A stretch of DNA of 63,285 bases, filler included, from Welwitschia mirabilis (taxonomy: Eukaryota): assembly GCA_051453625.1 (NCBI GenBank). It is 8 parts of one record of this genome, joined end to end, with 100 filler letters (N's around TTAATTAATTAA, not from the genome) between each part and the next. Parts side by side here need not be neighbours in the genome. Positions count along the whole stretch, not along the records: positions 36,421 to 45,843 come from JBOZIK010000001.1; positions 45,944 to 50,406 come from JBOZIK010000001.1; positions 50,507 to 53,750 come from JBOZIK010000001.1; 5 more parts are not named here. One strand, 5' to 3'. Shown piece after piece: positions 40,599 through 53,664 of the stretch (its first letter is position 1; each line of letters starts with the position of its first letter). The notes below the pieces were generated by a model. It saw only the letters and a program-made list of their open reading frames with translations. It was not told the origin of the DNA and made no database searches. The translations under genes and the position numbers were made by a program.

Positions 40599-42273
40599 TG
40601 TTAAAAATAAAAAATCAAAAACTAAATAGAAATTTGATGCTCTGAAGGGATTTATGCAAAGGGAGTCATAGGCAAGAAGTCCCACAAAGGAAGTTCAATT
40701 TTATTTAATGCAACTAAAAGCCTTACATAGGCATACAAAGGAAATATTAGCTCTTCTTATTTTTATAGGAGACCCACTAACTCCATTAACTTAATAACCA
40801 TTTTCCTTCTTATCAGTAACTGACTCACTAATTCTACTAACTCAATAATTATTTTCTTTCTTTTTAGAACTAATCCATTAACTTTACTAACTTAATAACT
40901 CTTTTCTATTTTTATACCAATATTAAATTGTTAGCATTATTCAAAGAAAATTTCAACAATCACCCCCTTAATGATAACATTTTAAGGACACCCCTTGATG
41001 TGTGTACTATTTAATTTCATGTCACACCTTATTTACAAATCATATATTTTGGAAGGCCAATTATGTTCTCCTTTCAATTTTTAAAGAATTTTTCTGAACA
41101 TGGTCTTAAGAACTCTTTATTTAGTTCTTCTTCACTCTACCACTTTTTCTAGAATTTGTGGAATGGGTATTGGTAAAAGAGTTTAATGCTTGCTCCTCCA
41201 TCGTCAAACCTCTATTCATCTTCTACTCACGTACTAACAGGAAGATTTACAACTCGTCAAGTGAGAGAGCATCCATGTTTTTTGATTCCTCGATTGAACA
41301 GATAACATAATCAAAATTTGGCATCATGGAATGTACAATTTTCTTGATGATGATGATGTTGTTTATCTTCTCATCATGGTAATGAATCTTTTTCATATCT
41401 CCATTGTTTTGTCATAATAACTAGTGACATATTCTCCATCCTTCATCGTCAGCACCTTCAAATCCCATCTTAAAGCTCACAGCTGTGCTCGCTTGACTTT
41501 GGTAAAATCTTGATATTTTTTCTTCATGGAATCCTAAATATCTTGAGAGCTTTATTTGCAAAGAATTATCTCTAAGATTAGATTATCAATGGTCTAAAAT
41601 AAGTGATTTTTGGCCTTGATATCCTTCAGCCTTCTAGCTTTAAGGGATTTTTTCTAGGTATCGGATGGGACCAAGCTGTCTTCTAGTTCTTCAACTTCAT
41701 TTTCAATAATGGACCAAGATTCCTTTAATTGTAGGAATTCTCCATTAGCATGCTCCAATGGTTATAGTAAACATCGAAACGCGGAATGGTCACTTTTACA
41801 AAAGATCCCTTTGAAGCCATTTGCTACTACAAAAATAGCTTCTATTTACTACTATAAATAAAGATTGCTGCTGAAGAGAAATGTGGCTTTGATATTAAAT
41901 GCTAAAAATTAAAGAGCAAAGACTAAATAGAAATTTGATGCTCTAAAGGGAGTTCCACGAAGGGAGTCATGTAAAGGAAGTTATATGTAGGAAGTCCCAT
42001 AAGGGAGTCTGATTTTATTTCATACAACTAGAGAATCTTATATAGGCACATGAAGGAAATAACAGTTTTTCTTCTTTTTGTAATAGACCCACTAACTCCA
42101 CTAACTTAATAACCATTTTCCTTCTTCTCAGTAACTAACCCACTAACTCTACTAACTCAATAACTGTTTTCTTTCTTTTTAGTAACTAACCCTCTAACTC
42201 TACTAATTCAATATTTATTTTCTATTTACATACCAATATTAAATTATTGGAATTACTTGAGAAAATTCCAACA
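40599..42273 (-). mobile_element. Short non-autonomous gag-only Copia element (LTRs 40599-40958 and 41900-42273)
   Basis: Two similar 360-374-bp TG..CA LTRs, a tRNA-iMet PBS complement GCTTTGATATTA (41886-41897) and a PPT complement ATCACCCCCTTA (40959-40970). The internal region is only 941 bp. Confidence 0.88.
41050..41820 (-). pseudogene. Copia gag remnant
   Basis: MASKGSFVKVTIPRFDVYYNHWSMLMEN resembles the Copia gag motif IPRFDGHYDHWSMLMENF. Later motifs are LKDIKAKNHLF, KVKRAQL and PNFDYVICSIEESK. Confidence 0.85.
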
Positions 42274-43235
42274 TCACCTACCAATGTTTAGTTCATTTAG
42301 AAATAGAATTTGAGGTCCCTCAAATCGAGAACTATTATGAGGGTGAATACACCATTGTCAAATATGTTATCAATGGAGCAAAAACTTGTAGAATAGACAG
42401 TTGCATGATCTACAACTACCTCATGCCTAGAAATGGGCCTTCATTACTATTCATAAGGCTATCAACTCCAGCTGCAACTATGTGTGTAGTGTAGTAACAA
42501 TTCCACAGTCGGCAATGTGGCTGATTCATAGCTGACTATGCAAAGCCATATGGAATTTTTAACTTCCTTACTGATGTCTAATAAATGTGCTTATAACATT
42601 ATGTCTCAATAAATGATGAAATCCATATAGAATCTGATTTCCTCTGAACTAGACTGCCCTTCTATATAACATCATTTTAGTTAATGCATTTGCCATTGCA
42701 TGGTCGGCCTTACATTTAAACAAGGTTACTACCTGTGTCATTTATAAAAAAATGGTGCTCTTATGTTGCTTCTCCATATAGTGTCCTATTTCTCTACACT
42801 TTATTCTAGAGGTTATTAACATGGAGTGGTGTCATTCTACATATTCTATGTATATCTTTTATAGCACCTCTCCTTTATCCGTCAGATGCGATTCCCTATT
42901 TACTACGCTTTTGCCTATGTGGATTCTACTACCTGTTAGCATTGACCACTGTCTATGTTGGCATGTAACTGTTGTCTTATTGGTGGATGTGTTATTACCC
43001 TTTGCTCATACTTGTGATTGGTCATCACTTCCAACTACCAACACCATCGAGAAAGAAGAGAATAAAATGCATAGCATAAGAGAGTAACCATAAGTGAAAA
43101 GACCGAGTACATTAAAGAGGTGGTTGCACAAACTATTGTAAATAGTCTATTATACTATATTAAAATATTTTAGCAATAGTTTTTGAATTTGTACAACTCT
43201 ATTTGAGATAATATATATTTAATAGAAAGAAGTCT

Positions 43236-45843
43236 TATAAGATCGAGAACACTAGAGGGGAAGTGAATAGGTTCTTTACAAAAACTTTAAGATCAAAATA
43301 ACTTAACAAAATCTAATTATAGATTGCATATAAATGAATAATAAAATCAGGATCATGCATACAAAGAATAAATAAAAATAGAATTAAATAATAAAACAAA
43401 AACTACTAGTTTAGATGCACATAGGATTTTTAGTGGTTCAAGAACTCTCCTACTCCACTCTTAATGATCAGTTTCTTCCAATCTTGATCTCGGATCTCTA
43501 TTAATTTATAGGTTTTTCCAAGCTCATCTATTAACCCTTACAAGTGGACTTTTACATGCTAAGTTTTAACCTTAACAATGAACTTTTGTAGGCTAAGTCT
43601 CAACCTTAAAAGATAAATATAAATGATGCAATAAATCCTTCATAGCTCTGATATCACTTGTTCAGTATCAATACATAGGATGGAGCTCTTCTCCAAATGA
43701 AGATAGTGATGAGGTCCTTAGATCTAATTCTAAGTGATGTCCTAATCCAATAATAGATTTCTCTAATTAGATATGAATTAGTACAAGATATAATACAATG
43801 CAATATGCTACTTGATCTTTCACATCCACAATGAATATACTAATTTGAAAATATGCTAAAGAAAATCTCTAGATCATCTCTTAATAGAGGGTTAGTAGGA
43901 TTTGATACAATTAAATTGCACCTCTAATAGCTATAAATGGCTAGAAAATAGCTAGATAACTACTAGGTAATGGATACATAACATATACAAGATTTACTTT
44001 TCCATATCAGATAAGTCTACAAAGTCAGAGGCTACATAGGTCAGAGTGAGATGCATGTATCAAGATTTACTATAGGTAGTGTAGGTAGATCCCATAAATA
44101 TCTAGTTGATTCCATCCTAGGTCCAGTTAACCTCTTGTCTCCTGGTTTGAAACTATGGACTTATCAGCTTCTCAAGTTCAATTGACCCCATGAAAATCTA
44201 GTTGACCCCTTTCCTTTTAGTCTGGGACTTGATTGTCAACTCCTCAAATCTGGTCGACCTCATGAATATCTAGTTGACCCCATTCCTCTTGGTTTGGGAC
44301 TATTAGTTCTTGAGATCATAGGTCCGATCAATTCCTTAATAATCTAGTCGATCCCTTTGGGTTTAGTTCATTTCTATTATTTGCTTTAGGGGCAGTCGAC
44401 CCTTCTAGGATCTGGTTGACCCCTACTAGAGGTAAACATAACTAAGCNNNNNNNNNNNNNNNNNNNNNNNNNNNNNNNNNNNNNNNNNNNNNNNNNNNNN
44501 NNNNNNNNNNNNNNNNNNNNNNNNNNNNNNNNNNNNNNNNNNNNNNNNNNNNNNNNNNNNNNNNNNNNNNNNNNNNNNNNNNNNNNNNNNNNNNNNNNNN
44601 NNNNNNNNNNNNNNNTTAAGGATTTAAAAAATGTAAAATCATTTACTAAACATTTTTAAAAACACATTAAAAAGTCAAAAAGCTCCTCCTTACATCAAGA
44701 CATATACATATGTAAGCAAAAGGTAAGATAGGTATCTCTTTGATTGAATAGCACAAAATCTTCAACAATTACAATAAAAATAGCATATTAAATTTAATAT
44801 TAAATTAAAAGCACTACATCTTCTCTCCCCTTTTAACATTAATGGCAAATAATAATCATATTTAGACACTTTTGAAACATATTCTCCCCCTATGTTGATA
44901 CCAAATGATGAATGATGATAAGCTAAAATTTTGAAAGCATTTAGAATAGACAAGTTGTACTTTTAAATGAGGCATGTTTGGATATGCACATAATTTTACC
45001 AAGAGTGATGATTCAAGAAACCCTTATGAATTACATACTTAAATGATACCTTTCAATAACACAAATTAATACCAAATGATGATGTACAATATAATTAGAA
45101 GTATACTTAATAATTAGATAATTATTTTATTCTAATCCAAATATATTATATTTTAATAATATTATAATAAAGCAAGGATTGAGTAAAAGAAAATAATTTC
45201 ATTGCATTTTAAATTTAGCAAAGTATGTCATAAAAGATAATGATTTTCAAATGCAAAAATGTTCATACAAGAATAAGAAAAAAATAATTTTATCAAATGA
45301 CAGGTAATTTATAGATGGCTTTTATTCTACTGGTGCTAATGCTACAAACCTTTTTAGTAAATAGGATAACCAAATATTAGATAGGTTAACTATCTTATAC
45401 CAGTTAATCAAATTTTATGTTTGGTCGACCACCTTACACTTAATAACAGGATGATAAAAGAATCCCTAGTTCATGTCTGAGACAAATAAAAGAATCAAAA
45501 TTAGGGTTTTAGTAAAAATATCTACTAATTATTGTTCTGTAGAAACAAATTTCATAGATATATGATCTTTTGCTACCTGATCACAAAGAAAATGGTGTCT
45601 GAATTTGATATGCTTCATTCTTGAATACTGTATTGGATTCTTAGAAATATTAATAGCACTAGTATTATCAGAAAAAATAGGAACTTATTTTAAAGATATT
45701 CCAAAATCTCTTAACATTTCTTTCATCCATAAGAGGTGAGTGCAATAACTTCCTGCAGTAATATATTCAGCTTATGCAGTGGAAAGAGAAATAGAATTTT
45801 GTTTCTTACTTGCCCAACCAACTATACATAAACCTAGAAGGAA
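43236..45843 (-). mobile_element. 3' end of a second Sirevirus-type Copia: LTR 43236-44818, multiple PPTs 44820-44900, RNase H about 45440-45843
   Basis: CTAGAGGGGAAGTGAATAG LTR-end motif and two TCTCCCC(C)T PPT complements. RNase H reads WASKKQNSISLSTA.AEYI and SDNTSAINISKNPIQYSRMKHI. Confidence 0.87.
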
Positions 45844-45943
45844 NNNNNNNNNNNNNNNNNNNNNNNNNNNNNNNNNNNNNNNNNNNNTTAATTAATTAAN
45901 NNNNNNNNNNNNNNNNNNNNNNNNNNNNNNNNNNNNNNNNNNN

Positions 45944-48900
45944 AAAAATTCTTCATAAGAAAACAAAGGGAAGAAACTAGCCAATCCTTAGCTTAATCAG
46001 TTAAATACAAATCCTACCTTTGATGAATACTTAAAAACTTTAATGCAAGAGGTAAACATCAACTTGCATTTTTGGAAACTCTTGCAAGAAAACCCTAAAT
46101 ATTCTAAGTTGTGGAAGGGCTTAGTGAGGAGAAAACAAAAATGTACTATTCCTAGTAAAGTTTTTCTTTCTCAATCTATTTTCAACTTAATTATTCAAAA
46201 ATGTCCTAAATTCAAAGACCCCAAAGCTATAACTATGAGTGTCACCTTAGAAGAAAATAAAATAACTCAAAAAGATTTAATTTACATGGGAGCCGGTGTT
46301 AACATCATATCTTTTCACATATGTAAGAGACTTGGGTTAGAAAATAGAATAGAAACTAAATGAATTATCTTAGAATTAGCTAGAACTTCAATTAAGAAAT
46401 CATTAAATATCATCAAGGACCTAGTCATCCAAATTAAGAAAGCTTATTATCCCATGAATGTTGTTATCATTATGGTAGAACATGATGGAGGTTATTCACT
46501 TCTCTTAGAAAAAGCCTTTTATGCAAAAGCCCATTGTATCATTAATACATGAATAGGCATGATGGAATGTTATTTTAGTAATAAAACATTTACCATTTGA
46601 GTATTTGATGCTACTGAAAAAGACATAAGAAATAAGTTTAAGTTAGAGGATGAATTAAAACCAACCTTATTTTTATAACATTGACCAATTGAGGAAAGAT
46701 TCATCATGCTACATGAGCCAACTTTATATGCTAACTTAACTAAAATACACTATCTTGAGTTTGAGGATGAAGAATACATCAATTAAGGAGAAATTCAACA
46801 TATTCACTTAGTATAAAAACTATTTGCAGAGTATCCTTCCACATTTGTTAGCTTCACGACAAATAGGACGATAGCTATAAACTTCAACATAGAACTCAAG
46901 AAACTACTTTAACATTTAAAATATGTTTTTATATCTAATAATCAAATGAAACCCTTGATAATAAGTGATTGTCTAACTCCTTAATAAAAATCCATCTTGA
47001 TCACACTCTTGAATTTGAAAGGAAATGCCTTTTCTTGGGTTAATATAGAATTAGTTGTCATTCATTTTTCCATAGTTCAATACAAGATTTACCTTTAGGA
47101 TAATGTTAAATCTATCAAGTAGCCCTAAAAAAAGCTTAATCTGATCCTTAAAAAAATCATTAAAGATGAAATCATTAAACTTATAAATGATGAAATCATA
47201 TATGCCATATCTGATAGTAAGTGGGTTAGTTCTTTAATAGTAGTTTCAAAGAAGGGGAAAAAAATGGAGAATGTACATCAACATTAGAAAACTTAATGAG
47301 GTTACTAAGAAGGATTATTGTCCTTTACCCTTTCTTTATTAAGTACTTGATAAAATCCAAAGTCATGCCTACTATTGTTTTCTTTATGGATATAGTGGCT
47401 ATAACCAAATTTTTATAGCAAGTAAAGATCAAGCCAAAACAATCTTTACCTCACTTTTTAGAATCTTTACCTTTAGAATAATGCCCTTTGGATTTTGCAA
47501 TGTCCCTAAAACTTTTAATGAGCTATGGTAGGGATATTTTTTAACATGATAGATGACTCTATTGAAATATTTATAGATGACTTCTCTATCTCTAGTAACA
47601 CTTTTGAACAAACCATAGAAATATTAAAGAGAGTTCTAGATCAATATATAGAGAGTGATTTACATTTAAGTTGGGAAAAGAATTTTCTTCTTGTTAATCA
47701 TGAAATTATTTTAGAACATTACATTTGGAAGGAAGAGATTAGGATGGAACCCATAAAAGTAGATATCATTAAAAACCTTACTCCTATAACAAATGTCAAA
47801 CAAGTTATATCTTTACTTATTTATGCTAGTTTTTATTAACATTTTATTCATGATTATACCCGAATTTGTAAACCGCTTCATTCCTTACTTGAAAAAGATG
47901 CTAAATTTGATTTGAATGATTCATGTTAACTTGCATTCGATACACTTAAGAAAAAAATTTCTTCTAAACCTATTGTTATGGGTCCTGATTAGAGTAAGGA
48001 TTTTGAACTTATGTGTAATGAAAGCAACATTATTATGGGTGGGGTTCTTAGCCAAAAGTATGAAAATTATTTTAAAGTCATATCTTATCTTAGTAAAACT
48101 TTGTCCAAAGACCAATCCAATTACACTACTATCGAGAGAGAAATATTTGCCATTATCGTTTGCCTAGATCATCTGACATTATTTTCTTGTTTTTCACATC
48201 AATGCTTACACAGATCATGTAGTCATCCACTATCTTATGACTATAAAAGACTATAATGCTATAATTATTAGGTGGATTCTTCTCATGCAAGAATTTAATC
48301 TCACCATCATTAAAAAGGATGAAAAACATAATAGTGTTGTTAATCATCTATCTCGATTTTCTTGCTCTCATGAGAGCTTCCCATAAATGATTCTATGGAT
48401 GAAGAACTCTTTATGATTAAGTAACTTTATGCTATCTCTTTTACTTCTCCTACTCCTTAGTATGCTAATATTATTAACTANNNNNNNNNNNNNNNNNNNN
48501 NNNNNNNNNNNNNNNNNNNNNNNNNNNNNNNNNNNNNNNNNNNNNNNNNNNNNNNNNNNNNNNNNNNNNNNNNNNNNNNNTCTATCTCAATTTTCTTGCT
48601 CTCATGAGAGCTTCCCATAAATGATTCTATGGATGAAGAACTCTTTACGATTAAGTAACTTTATGCTATCTCTTTTACTTCTCCTACTTCTTAGTATGCT
48701 AATATTATTAACTAACTTATTATAATGAAAACATCTTAGCATTAGAACCATAACCAATGCAAATATTTTCTCCATAGGATCAGTGACTATGAGTGGAATG
48801 AACCCCATCTTTATAAATGTTGCAAAGATTAAATCCTGTGCAAGTATGTACCTAAGTGGAAAAGCTTAGAAATCCTAAAAATTTGCCATGATAAAGTACG

Positions 48901-50406
48901 TAGGGGAAACTTCAGTGGCCAAAATACTACCATGAAAATTCTTCACTCTAATTTTTATTGACTTACTCTTTTTAAGGATTCATATGAATTTTCTGGAAGG
49001 TGTGATGTATGCTAATGTTATGGTAGCCTAACTCATTCTCATGATATGTCCCTTAAATCTATATTTGAATGTGAACCTTTTGATTATTAGGAAATTGACT
49101 TTATAGGCCTTATTACATCACTTTCTCATGATAGAACTTATATCCTTGTAGCTATTAATTATATTACTAGATGGATGAAAGCTATTTCTACTACCAAAAA
49201 TGATACCTAAACTATTTGTAATTTTGTAAGAACTTATATCTTTCAACATTTTGGTTTTCCACAAATTATCATTAGTGATCAAGGAACACATTTCATTAAC
49301 CACCTTTTTCAAAAACTTCTTTTATCCATTGGTAAACCTATAATTGCTTGTGCTTATCACCCTTATACTAATGGCTAAGCCAAAAATTTAAATAGATAAA
49401 TTAAGGAGATGCTCTAAAAATTAGTATCTATTAATAAAGAAATGATCCTTTAAACTTAATGATATTTTTAAGCTTATTGTACTACTTGGTATAACTCCTT
49501 AGGTTTCTCACCATATGAACTTAGGTATGGAAAGGTTTGAGTTTTACCAATTAATGTTTGCTATAACTCTTATCGATTCACTTATCAACTTAACCTTATA
49601 GACTCAAATGAAAATGTTAAAACTTAATTAGTTCAGCTTGATCATTTAGATAAAAAACATACTCATTTCTTACATTGTTAATGCATTCATAAGGCTCAAG
49701 CCAAGTTCAGACATAATAAAAACATAATTCATAAGAAATTTGAACCTAGCCAACTTTCATTTTATATAACACTTAAGTACACCTTTTACACAACAAATTA
49801 AATTCTAAATGGTTAGGGCCTTATCTATAGAAAAAGTACATTCAAATAACCCAGTTAAAATATTTAATTCAAACACTAGGAAAATTCAAAAAGTTAATGG
49901 ACAAAGGTTAAAAATTTATGAGTCATCTTCTAATGAAACCTTGAACATGATCAAAGAATTTATTTTGGAATCCCCTCTAAATGAGCATGATCTTCCTCTT
50001 ACAATTGTCTAAATTCCTTTTTAACTCATTCCTTATGTAAACATCATGTNNNNNNNNNNNNNNNNNNNNNNNNNNNNNNNNNNNNNNNNNNNNNNNNNNN
50101 NNNNNNNNNNNNNNNNNNNNNNNNNNNNNNNNNNNNNNNNNNNNNNNNNCAAAGGTTAAAAATTTATGATTCATCTTCTAATGAAACCTTGAACATGATC
50201 AAAGAATTTATTTTGGAATCCCCTATAAATGAGCATGATATTCCTCTTACAATTGTCTAAATTCCTTTTTAACTCATTCCTTATGTAAACATCATGTTAT
50301 CACTTGAATATCTTTGACTTGATATATGTATTTATTTACTTATGAAGTTGCCATGATTAGTAATATTTTACTAGGGCATTTTAAATGATAAGATTAGCTT
50401 CATTCA
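45944..50406 (+). pseudogene. Athila-like gag C-terminus and pol on an isolated contig (PR about 46200-46620, RT about 47100-47900, RH about 47990-48360, INT about 48700-49950)
   Basis: PKFKDP, LIYMGAGVNII, GYSGYNQI, MPFGFCN, IEIFIDDFSI, LMCNES, NYTTIERE, IDFIG, IISDQGTHF, AYHPYTNG and KVNGQRLK. Confidence 0.93.
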
Positions 50407-50506
50407 NNNNNNNNNNNNNNNNNNNNNNNNNNNNNNNNNNNNNNNNNNNNTTAATTAATTAANNNNNNNNNNNNNNNNNNNNNNNNNNNNNNNNNNNNNN
50501 NNNNNN

Positions 50507-51176
50507 TTACATCCACTTACAATAAAGTTGTAGCTTCTTAATGGAGGATACTCAACTCAATACCAAGGTGACTTCTCTTTGTAGTGATGGCATGGACCTC
50601 ATATCCTTTAGTCTTCTATTACAACAAAATTGGATACAAAAGATAGCAAGAAAAATGAAGGAGGATAAGGGTATTTATAGTTTTACATTGAAGTTCTAGA
50701 AGCTCAATCCTAGAAGTCAGAAAAGAAACCCTAATAGCTTAAATTGATCATTGCTTAAATTCATTACAAAGATAATTATTTCTAATCATAGAAAAACACT
50801 ACCTCTTAACTTTCATGGGGATGATAGAGTGGATGCCACTCTATGTTAAAAAGTACTCCATTAGCTTCAGACCTTGTTATCAACCCCACAGCTTCTGTCC
50901 ATGTTAGCAGTGCTATTGTCCTACCTATCACGAAGATGATAGGCTTCTGTATTTTCACTCTCAAAGGTAATCAGTCTTCAGTATAATACATTCCTCTTCT
51001 AAATATGCAATGTGAGAATAAGACTGAGAAACCTCCAAATATGCTAAGAATTACATGTTTCAATGATCATCTTATTATATATTCATAATCATTAATATTG
51101 CATCTAAACCTATATAAATATCCTATAAAAGCACTTAAAATGCACCATGAAATTCCTACAAATTGACATCAAAACA
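50507..51176 (-). repeat. Partial Athila-like LTR (same subfamily as element B LTRs)
   Basis: Colinear with about 20330-20946 and 28975-29662; ends ATCAAAACA with no adjacent PPT. Confidence 0.82.
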
Positions 51177-52238
51177 GATCTATAATAGTTAAACAAGTAG
51201 TATTTAGAGCACATTATTAAGAATTTCATTTCTCTTATATAGGTCTTGCATTTATCTACACTGAGTAGAAACATCTACTATGGATCTATAGGAATCTTTT
51301 GAGAAGAAAATATATGGATGTATTCTGGTTACACATTTCATAAATGTAGGGTAATATTACATATATAGAGTTAAAACAATTAATGAATTATTTCCACTTT
51401 TTTAATTTATGGGATAATTGTGTGCAAATTAAATTTTAATTTTTCTATGCTTTTAATATCATAGTTTCTAAATATGGTTTTGTCAAATTCCTAATTTAGT
51501 ATTTTTCTCTTATTTTTTAGTTAATAAAGATTGATCAAAAGGTATTAATCTAAATAAAATTTACCTTTTAGAAATTTTAGACCAAATCTCTTATACAGTG
51601 GTAAAGATATCCATATTTCTAAGATTATAAATTAGTCACCAATCTTCTTAAAGAAAGCAAGTGTTAAGATAAAGAAACTTTTAATTTTCTTTCCCTATAA
51701 CTTATTGAATTAAAATTTAATAATAAAAGATTTTCCTTTATCTCATCTCTATAACATTGTAAGATTTCTCTAGAAGCAATTATTTCATGTCCAATCTTCA
51801 CCAAAAAATTTATTACCAATAAATATTTTTCATAGAAATTAAATCAAAGGTGGTTGTTTAGAACTTAGATGGCATTTATGTCTTAGATTTAATACCTTAA
51901 TTTACTTTACAAATTTTTTTGGATTTCTTCTTCTAATTTTGAATAGTAAATTGTAAATTCTATAGGTAATAATAAAATTTACACTCACCATTACCTTTAT
52001 AACTTACAAACATTTAGAGGAAGAAAGGTTTGAAGGGCTATAACCCTTAGCCCTTGTGATTTTTATAATAAAATTATTTTATTATGAGAAGGAATTAGAA
52101 GGTATTTAACCCTTTAAGTATTACTAGTATAGTGAAAATAGGAATTAGAGGGATGAACCTTATTTAGATTAATTAAAAATATTTTAAGTGAGTGAAGGTA
52201 AAGTTGCTAACTCCTATTAGGTAAAGCTCAATAAGATA

Positions 52239-52990
52239 ATGGGCAAGAATATTAAGAAGTATAATGGGAAGGACTTTCATACATAATAATTAAAAATGCA
52301 AATTTTGCTTATAAATAAAGGTATGTGGAAACCTATAAGTGGTAAAGTATCAAAACCAAAGAACCCTTATAAAAAATGATGAATGAATAGCTTACTATTA
52401 ATAAGTCCTTTCTCTTATTTTATTATTGAGAACAACTACCCTCATCATATAGATTTAAGAAAAATCTCAAAAGAAGTGTGGAATAACTTATGCAATTTAT
52501 TTGATTCAAGTGAAAATGAAATTAAGTAAGAATTAAAGCATAAACTCTATGGTTTAAAAATAGAAGATTCAAGATACATGGATTAATATGTAAATCAATT
52601 TTGATCACTTTTATTATAACTTATAATAGTGATTTTAAAAATTGATGATGAATATTCTAAGGCTAGTTTACTAAGCAATATTATTTCTTGATATGATCAC
52701 ATATTCTTTACTTTAAATAGGTTTTCTTATATATTAGAAAGTACCATCTCCACATTCATTAAAGAACATAAAAGGATGTATCAACATGAACTTAAAGAAG
52801 ATGCTTTAATTGCTCAATGAAAGAAGTCTAAAAACAAAGACATGAAAAATGACAAAGAAAGGGAAAAAATGATATTATTACAATAAGTTAGATCATGTAG
52901 TAATAAATTGCTTTTAATAAGTAAAGTATTTACTTGATGGTGGTAGAAATAGGTGAAGAAGAAGAAATATCTTCAGATGATACTTTAAGA
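52239..52990 (+). pseudogene. Heavily decayed Copia gag with zinc-knuckle remnant
   Basis: MGKNIKKYNGKDFHT**LKMQILLINKGMW, SKEVWNNL and K*YYYNKLDHVVINC (from CxxCxxxGHxxxxC). A PPT-like AAGAGGGAGG follows near 53260. Confidence 0.7.
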
Positions 52991-53664
52991 TTTATAATGT
53001 TGGATTTATTCCTTTCAAGGATTAGTGCATATTATCATGGTTATTAATTAGTATATATTCTCTTTATTTGTCCAATTTATTATGATTAGTTCATATTATC
53101 TTAGTTAATTGAGTTTATTTTGGGTAGTCTACATTATCATGGTTATTTTACTTTGTAATGTTTATTCTATACTTAATGTCATTAATTTTATATGTAATCT
53201 AATATTAGAAGCATGTTATAATACTTATAATGAGAATATAATTCTTAGATTTACTATTAAGAGGGAGGTTCTTGAATTTTCTTTTATTATTAGTTAAATT
53301 CTTTCGATTTTAAGTAATTTTTAAAGTAACTTTCTTGTTTTTCTCTTCTACCACCCTATCCTTAGTTATTTTCATATCATGTGAGGGTATTTACATCTTT
53401 AACTAATAATAAAAAATTAGAGCTTAATGTTAAATCAGTCTCATTTTAATGGGCTTATGGTAGTGGGACGTGTCCATTAATTAATAAAAACTCATTCAAA
53501 ATTTGGTTGACCTCATTATTATTATAGATTTCAAAGATACTCGTGGATATAATAGTTTTTTATAATTTTATTAGCTCATTATATTTATTTTAATTCTTAG
53601 AAATTTTTGCTATAGTTTCAACAAAAAATTTCAAACTTCACTAATTTCAAGGTCTAGAAAGCTT

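Noticed and set aside
40594..42278. TSD for the gag-only Copia
   Set aside because: The flanks ACCTT and TCACC do not match in register.
42274..43235. Host gene exon or ORF 42821-43087
   Set aside because: No recognisable domain or splice structure; probably decayed repeat.
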